Source: an uncultured archaeon | Lineage (GTDB): Archaea > Iainarchaeota > Iainarchaeia > Iainarchaeales > CSSED10-239 | Assembly: GCA_964591795.1 (NCBI GenBank) | Contig: CAZQEL010000013.1 | Span: 1-26,321, forward strand | Direction: 5' to 3' | Length of the DNA: 26,321 bases | Shown here: positions 23,024 to 26,321 of the stretch, in pieces | How positions within the stretch are numbered: the stretch's first letter is position 1 | Layout of the letters: every line of letters starts with the position of its first letter | Notes under the pieces: model-generated | Told to the model about the DNA's origin: nothing | Seen by the model: only the letters and a program-made list of their open reading frames with translations | Databases searched by the model: none | Translations under genes and position numbers: made by a program

Positions 23024-24371
23024 TTTTATCACTTGACTTATCCCAATCTTCTTTATATTCGATTGCATGCCATTTATTTTTAGAATTAAAAAATTCTAAA
23101 ACCATAGATATTAAATATACAGAAACTAATAAATATGTATAGATAAGCATAAAAAAAATAAATGGTAAAATATATTTATAACTTAAAGTAAACTTAGTAA
23201 TTTTAAATGCAGAAATTGCATATATTATAAAAATTATCATAGATAAAATAAAAATATATATTGTAGATGGCAATATAAAAGAAGTAAACTTAGGTAAAAC
23301 AAAAATACTATTTTTAATAAACTCTAAACTTAAAAAATAAACATAAATTAATTGTTTTTTCAAATATATAAAAATATAACTAAACACAAAAGCGACACCA
23401 ATAGTTTGAACAAAAAAAGTAAATGGAAGTATAAATAATCCAAAAACCCTATATTTATGATTAAATAAAACATCCCTATGTTCATAAATAGTTGCAAGCT
23501 CTCCTCTAGCCCATCTTTTTCTTTGATTAAACCAACCTTTTATATTATTTGGAGTTTCAGTAAAACCACGTGCTGTTTCTGCACATCTAATTTTATATCC
23601 TGCTTTAATTATTCTATAACCTAGCTCTTTATCTTCAACAAAACTATCAATCGAATATCCACCAAGTTCATCAAAGATCTTTTTTTTCATAAGAGACATA
23701 GCCCCAATAGGTATGTTTATAGAATTCATTGCAGAAAGAATTCTTAGATAAATACCCCAATTTAAACTATATTCAATTACTTGAACTTTTTCCCAAAAAT
23801 TACACCTATTCTCTGGAACTAAAACTCCATTAACTGCAACTACATTTTCCTCACATAAAAACCCAGTCATTTTTAATAAAGTATCATCTTCAATAATAGT
23901 ATCTCCATCAACACAAAGCATGTTTTCTTCATGAATATATTTTAATCCTTCATTCATAATTATTGCTTTAGTATTTTTAGATTTAGAAAAATACTTTGGA
24001 TCAATAAGAATTTGTTTAACACCTTTTATTTTTTTTAAAAAAGTACAAGTACCATCGGTAATAACATAAACTGTAAATGGAATAGGATATTTTAATTTAA
24101 CAAGATACTCAACAGTTCTTTTAACTGGATAAAAATTATTAAACGCATAGGTAACAACTGCAACAGTAGGAGTTACTTTAGGAAAAGGCCTTACTTTTGC
24201 AATGTCTGGATACACAAAATAAACTGTTATTATTAATAGTATCAAATACAAAAAAACAAAAGACATAATTAAGAAAATAAAAAAATTAGCATGAATACTA
24301 ACGTAATAAAAGAAAATTACAAATAAAAACATTATAAAAAAAAATAATCTTTTTGGTAATTTAAATTTCAT
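23013..24371 (-). CDS. membrane-embedded processive family-2 glycosyltransferase (cellulose/chitin/PNAG/hyaluronan-synthase-like)
   Basis: The GT2 catalytic core has ITDGT, CVDGDT (DxD), VEDKELGYR and QRKRWARGE (QxxRW). It is flanked by 2 N-terminal and about 4-5 C-terminal TM helices. The track ORF starts at a TTG at 24380, so I prefer the ATG at 24371 (MKFKLPKR). Confidence 0.85.
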   Translation of the reverse strand: MKFKLPKRLFFFIMFLFVIFFYYVSIHANFFIFLIMSFVFLYLILLIITVYFVYPDIAKVRPFPKVTPTVAVVTYAFNNFYPVKRTVEYLVKLKYPIPFTVYVITDGTCTFLKKIKGVKQILIDPKYFSKSKNTKAIIMNEGLKYIHEENMLCVDGDTIIEDDTLLKMTGFLCEENVVAVNGVLVPENRCNFWEKVQVIEYSLNWGIYLRILSAMNSINIPIGAMSLMKKKIFDELGGYSIDSFVEDKELGYRIIKAGYKIRCAETARGFTETPNNIKGWFNQRKRWARGELATIYEHRDVLFNHKYRVFGLFILPFTFFVQTIGVAFVFSYIFIYLKKQLIYVYFLSLEFIKNSIFVLPKFTSFILPSTIYIFILSMIIFIIYAISAFKITKFTLSYKYILPFIFFMLIYTYLLVSVYLISMVLEFFNSKNKWHAIEYKEDWDKSSDKNGK

Positions 24372-24383
24372 AATAGTCAAATT

Positions 24384-26039
24384 TTAATTATACTCGTTTT
24401 GTAAATATTTATATATACTATAATAATCATTGGATATATTTTTAATAGAATCATTATTTAAATTATAATTAAATAATTGTTTTGAAGACACATTGATAAT
24501 CCCATAATCACTTGATTTTGTAATAAACCCAATTAAATTAGTATTTGTACCACCAATAAACATAATTGAATTATTATTTATAATATTATTTGAATCTAAT
24601 AAATAATTTAATAAAAGATCCTTAAAATCAAGATGAGATAATAAATCATTATTTTCAGTATAATTTAAATCATTTGCAATAAACATCATAGGAATATTAT
24701 AACCTTCAGGAAGAAGCATATTCTTTTGAGCACGAGAACCATGATCAGAAGTAATAATTATCAAAGTTTCATCTAATAAATTTTCATCTTTTAAAAAATC
24801 ATAAGCTTGAGTAAAATAATCATTATAATATTGTGTACGTGACTTTTTAGTATCTACTATATTTTTATAACTATGACCAAAAATTAATTCTTGATATAAA
24901 AACAAATTATCATTGTTTAAAACAATCTTTTTAAAATCATCAATTACAGATAAATCTTCACAAGCAGTTTCATAAGTAAATAAATCCGGACAATAATATT
25001 CTTTACTATCATATACCTCTTTATTAAGAGTATTTACTTGACTCCAATTAAAACCATAACTAGTATCTGGAACTTCAAGAGATGAAACTAAAAACTGAGT
25101 AGAATAATCATTATAATTTAAATAAGAAATCAAATTATTTTTTGTTTTAATTAAATTTAAATATTTAATATAAACATCAGCATCAGTATATGCTTCAAAA
25201 GGAATAAAATATGAAGATAACATAGAATAAATTGCAGTTCTACTATCTTGATTTGTAGTATGATAATTTAGATAAATATTTGAATGAGGCATAACCTCTG
25301 AAAAAAAGTTGTTTTTAAGTAGGTTTTCTTTTTCTACAACAAAACTATCTATTGACCATTCTTCACCTAAAAATACAATTATTTTTTTATACTTAAATTT
25401 ATTGGAATCATAATTTAAAAAAGATTTATCATTTACAAAAAGATTAGATAAATAAGGGGAAGACTCATCTAAATTAATTAAAGGTTTTTCATTTATTTTT
25501 AAAAAAGTATCAACATAAGGATTTGCAGTATATTTAAATAAAAAAATCAAAATAATAAAAATAATAATACACAAAATAAAACTATAAACTAAATACTCTC
25601 TTTTTATTAAAAAAATATTTCTTTTAAAAATAATAAATGAAACTGACCAAAATAAAACTAGTCCAATTAAAATTATAATCACTAATTTTATAGAGATCAA
25701 ATTATTAATTACAAATAATATTAAGTCTTTATTAAAATTACTAAAATTTAAGACCCTTTGAGATACATCAAAGAAATAAAAATAATATAAAGATAAAACA
25801 ACATAATTAATTATTGAAAATAAATTAAAAAATACTTTAGTGAAAGTATTTCGTGAAAAATTAAATAGAATATAGATAAACACTAAAATTATTAAATCAT
25901 ATATTGAAGTTTTTAAAACAATAAACAAATCTTTAATTACAAATAATTTAAAGATAAATAGAAATAAGAAAATCATTACAGTTAACTTAAACTCTTGATT
26001 AAATAAATTCACTTTTGATTTAAGTATATTTGAATTCAT
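24384..26039 (-). CDS. LtaS/OpgB-like membrane phosphotransferase (alkaline-phosphatase/sulfatase superfamily, 5 TM plus extracytoplasmic domain)
   Basis: 551 aa. About five N-terminal hydrophobic helices are followed by a soluble domain. That domain carries FLGEEWS (metal-ligand Glu region), HTTNQDSRTAIYSMLSS (nucleophile region) and IIITSDHGS (the superfamily D-H metal-ligand motif). TAGGGT lies about 6 nt before the ATG. Confidence 0.65.
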   Translation of the reverse strand: MNSNILKSKVNLFNQEFKLTVMIFLFLFIFKLFVIKDLFIVLKTSIYDLIILVFIYILFNFSRNTFTKVFFNLFSIINYVVLSLYYFYFFDVSQRVLNFSNFNKDLILFVINNLISIKLVIIILIGLVLFWSVSFIIFKRNIFLIKREYLVYSFILCIIIFIILIFLFKYTANPYVDTFLKINEKPLINLDESSPYLSNLFVNDKSFLNYDSNKFKYKKIIVFLGEEWSIDSFVVEKENLLKNNFFSEVMPHSNIYLNYHTTNQDSRTAIYSMLSSYFIPFEAYTDADVYIKYLNLIKTKNNLISYLNYNDYSTQFLVSSLEVPDTSYGFNWSQVNTLNKEVYDSKEYYCPDLFTYETACEDLSVIDDFKKIVLNNDNLFLYQELIFGHSYKNIVDTKKSRTQYYNDYFTQAYDFLKDENLLDETLIIITSDHGSRAQKNMLLPEGYNIPMMFIANDLNYTENNDLLSHLDFKDLLLNYLLDSNNIINNNSIMFIGGTNTNLIGFITKSSDYGIINVSSKQLFNYNLNNDSIKNISNDYYSIYKYLQNEYN

Positions 26040-26231
26040 AAAGGACCCTACTATATTATATTTATAGATAAATATATTTTTAAATACAAAATAAAGCTAT
26101 TTCTCGGACAAGAACCCCCCTTAAAAAGAGATATATTTGCAAACTCTCATCTATATATAAAAATATATTTTTATTTAAAGCCTGCCACTTTATTTAAAAA
26201 TAAAAATTATGAAACTTAAAGTGAATAGATT

Positions 26232-26321
26232 ATGGAACAAGTATATTTAATAGATTGTGTATATGAATCAGAAAAACAAAGAATAATAACTTATTTTTCA
26301 AAAGATCCTTATAATCGAAAA
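26232..26321 (+). CDS. 5' end of an ORF running off the window; the N-terminus is reminiscent of archaeal family-B DNA polymerase (speculative)
   Basis: An ATG at 26232 is followed by 30 sense codons to the window edge: MEQVYLIDCVYESEKQRIITYFSKDPYNRK. The pattern hydrophobic-(I/L)-D-x-x-Y-x-x-E-x-x-x-x-(I/V)-I-x-x-F-x-K resembles PolB N-termini such as MILDVDYITEEGKPVIRLFKK. It is too short to be sure it is coding. Confidence 0.3.
   Translation, partial: MEQVYLIDCVYESEKQRIITYFSKDPYNRK

Noticed and set aside
1-26321. Scan for CRISPR arrays, transposases/IS ends, toxin-antitoxin pairs and known defence genes
   Set aside because: I found no spaced direct repeats of 24-40 bp, no terminal inverted repeats flanking ORFs, and no nuclease, ATPase or methylase motifs typical of defence systems. 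The only repeats are the (AT)n tract, the 15-bp triplet and the homopolymer runs already reported.

Overview
Very AT-rich, tightly packed archaeal chromosome segment. The archaeal assignment rests on a group II chaperonin (thermosome), GatD/GatE, archaeal-type AsnRS and IleRS, a histone-fold protein and tRNAs without an encoded CCA. Short proteins, overlapping gene ends and tiny spacers suggest a reduced, DPANN-like genome; this is inference, since no rRNA is present to confirm it. I count about 25 protein genes and 4 tRNAs: Asn-GUU (partial), Ile-UAU, Ile-GAU and Gln-UUG. Most of the window is core machinery: asnS, ileS, thermosome, gatD/gatE, a single-OB SSB, HIT hydrolase, TldD/TldE, endonuclease III and a Na+/H+ antiporter. 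Several six-frame ORFs begin at TTG/GTG. In those cases I moved the start to a downstream ATG preceded by a GGTGA/GGAG-type Shine-Dalgarno motif. The non-core content falls into five groups. (1) Two diverged paralogues of an uncharacterised 4-TM plus long coiled-coil membrane protein lie 12 kb apart (6097-7467 and 19610-21010). (2) A four-gene minus-strand module (21760-26039) encodes a 5-TM LtaS/sulfatase-like enzyme, a processive D,D,D,QxxRW family-2 glycosyltransferase, a membrane-anchored unknown and a low-molecular-weight phosphotyrosine phosphatase. (3) Endonuclease III has its Fe-S cluster loop displaced into another frame at an A7 run. (4) A genomically encoded tRNA-Ile(UAU) sits beside tRNA-Ile(GAU). 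(5) A tailed histone-fold protein lies next to an extremely acidic, aromatic-studded mini-protein. I saw no CRISPR array, transposase, integrase or recognisable defence gene. All family calls come from motif recognition by eye, and no searches were run.
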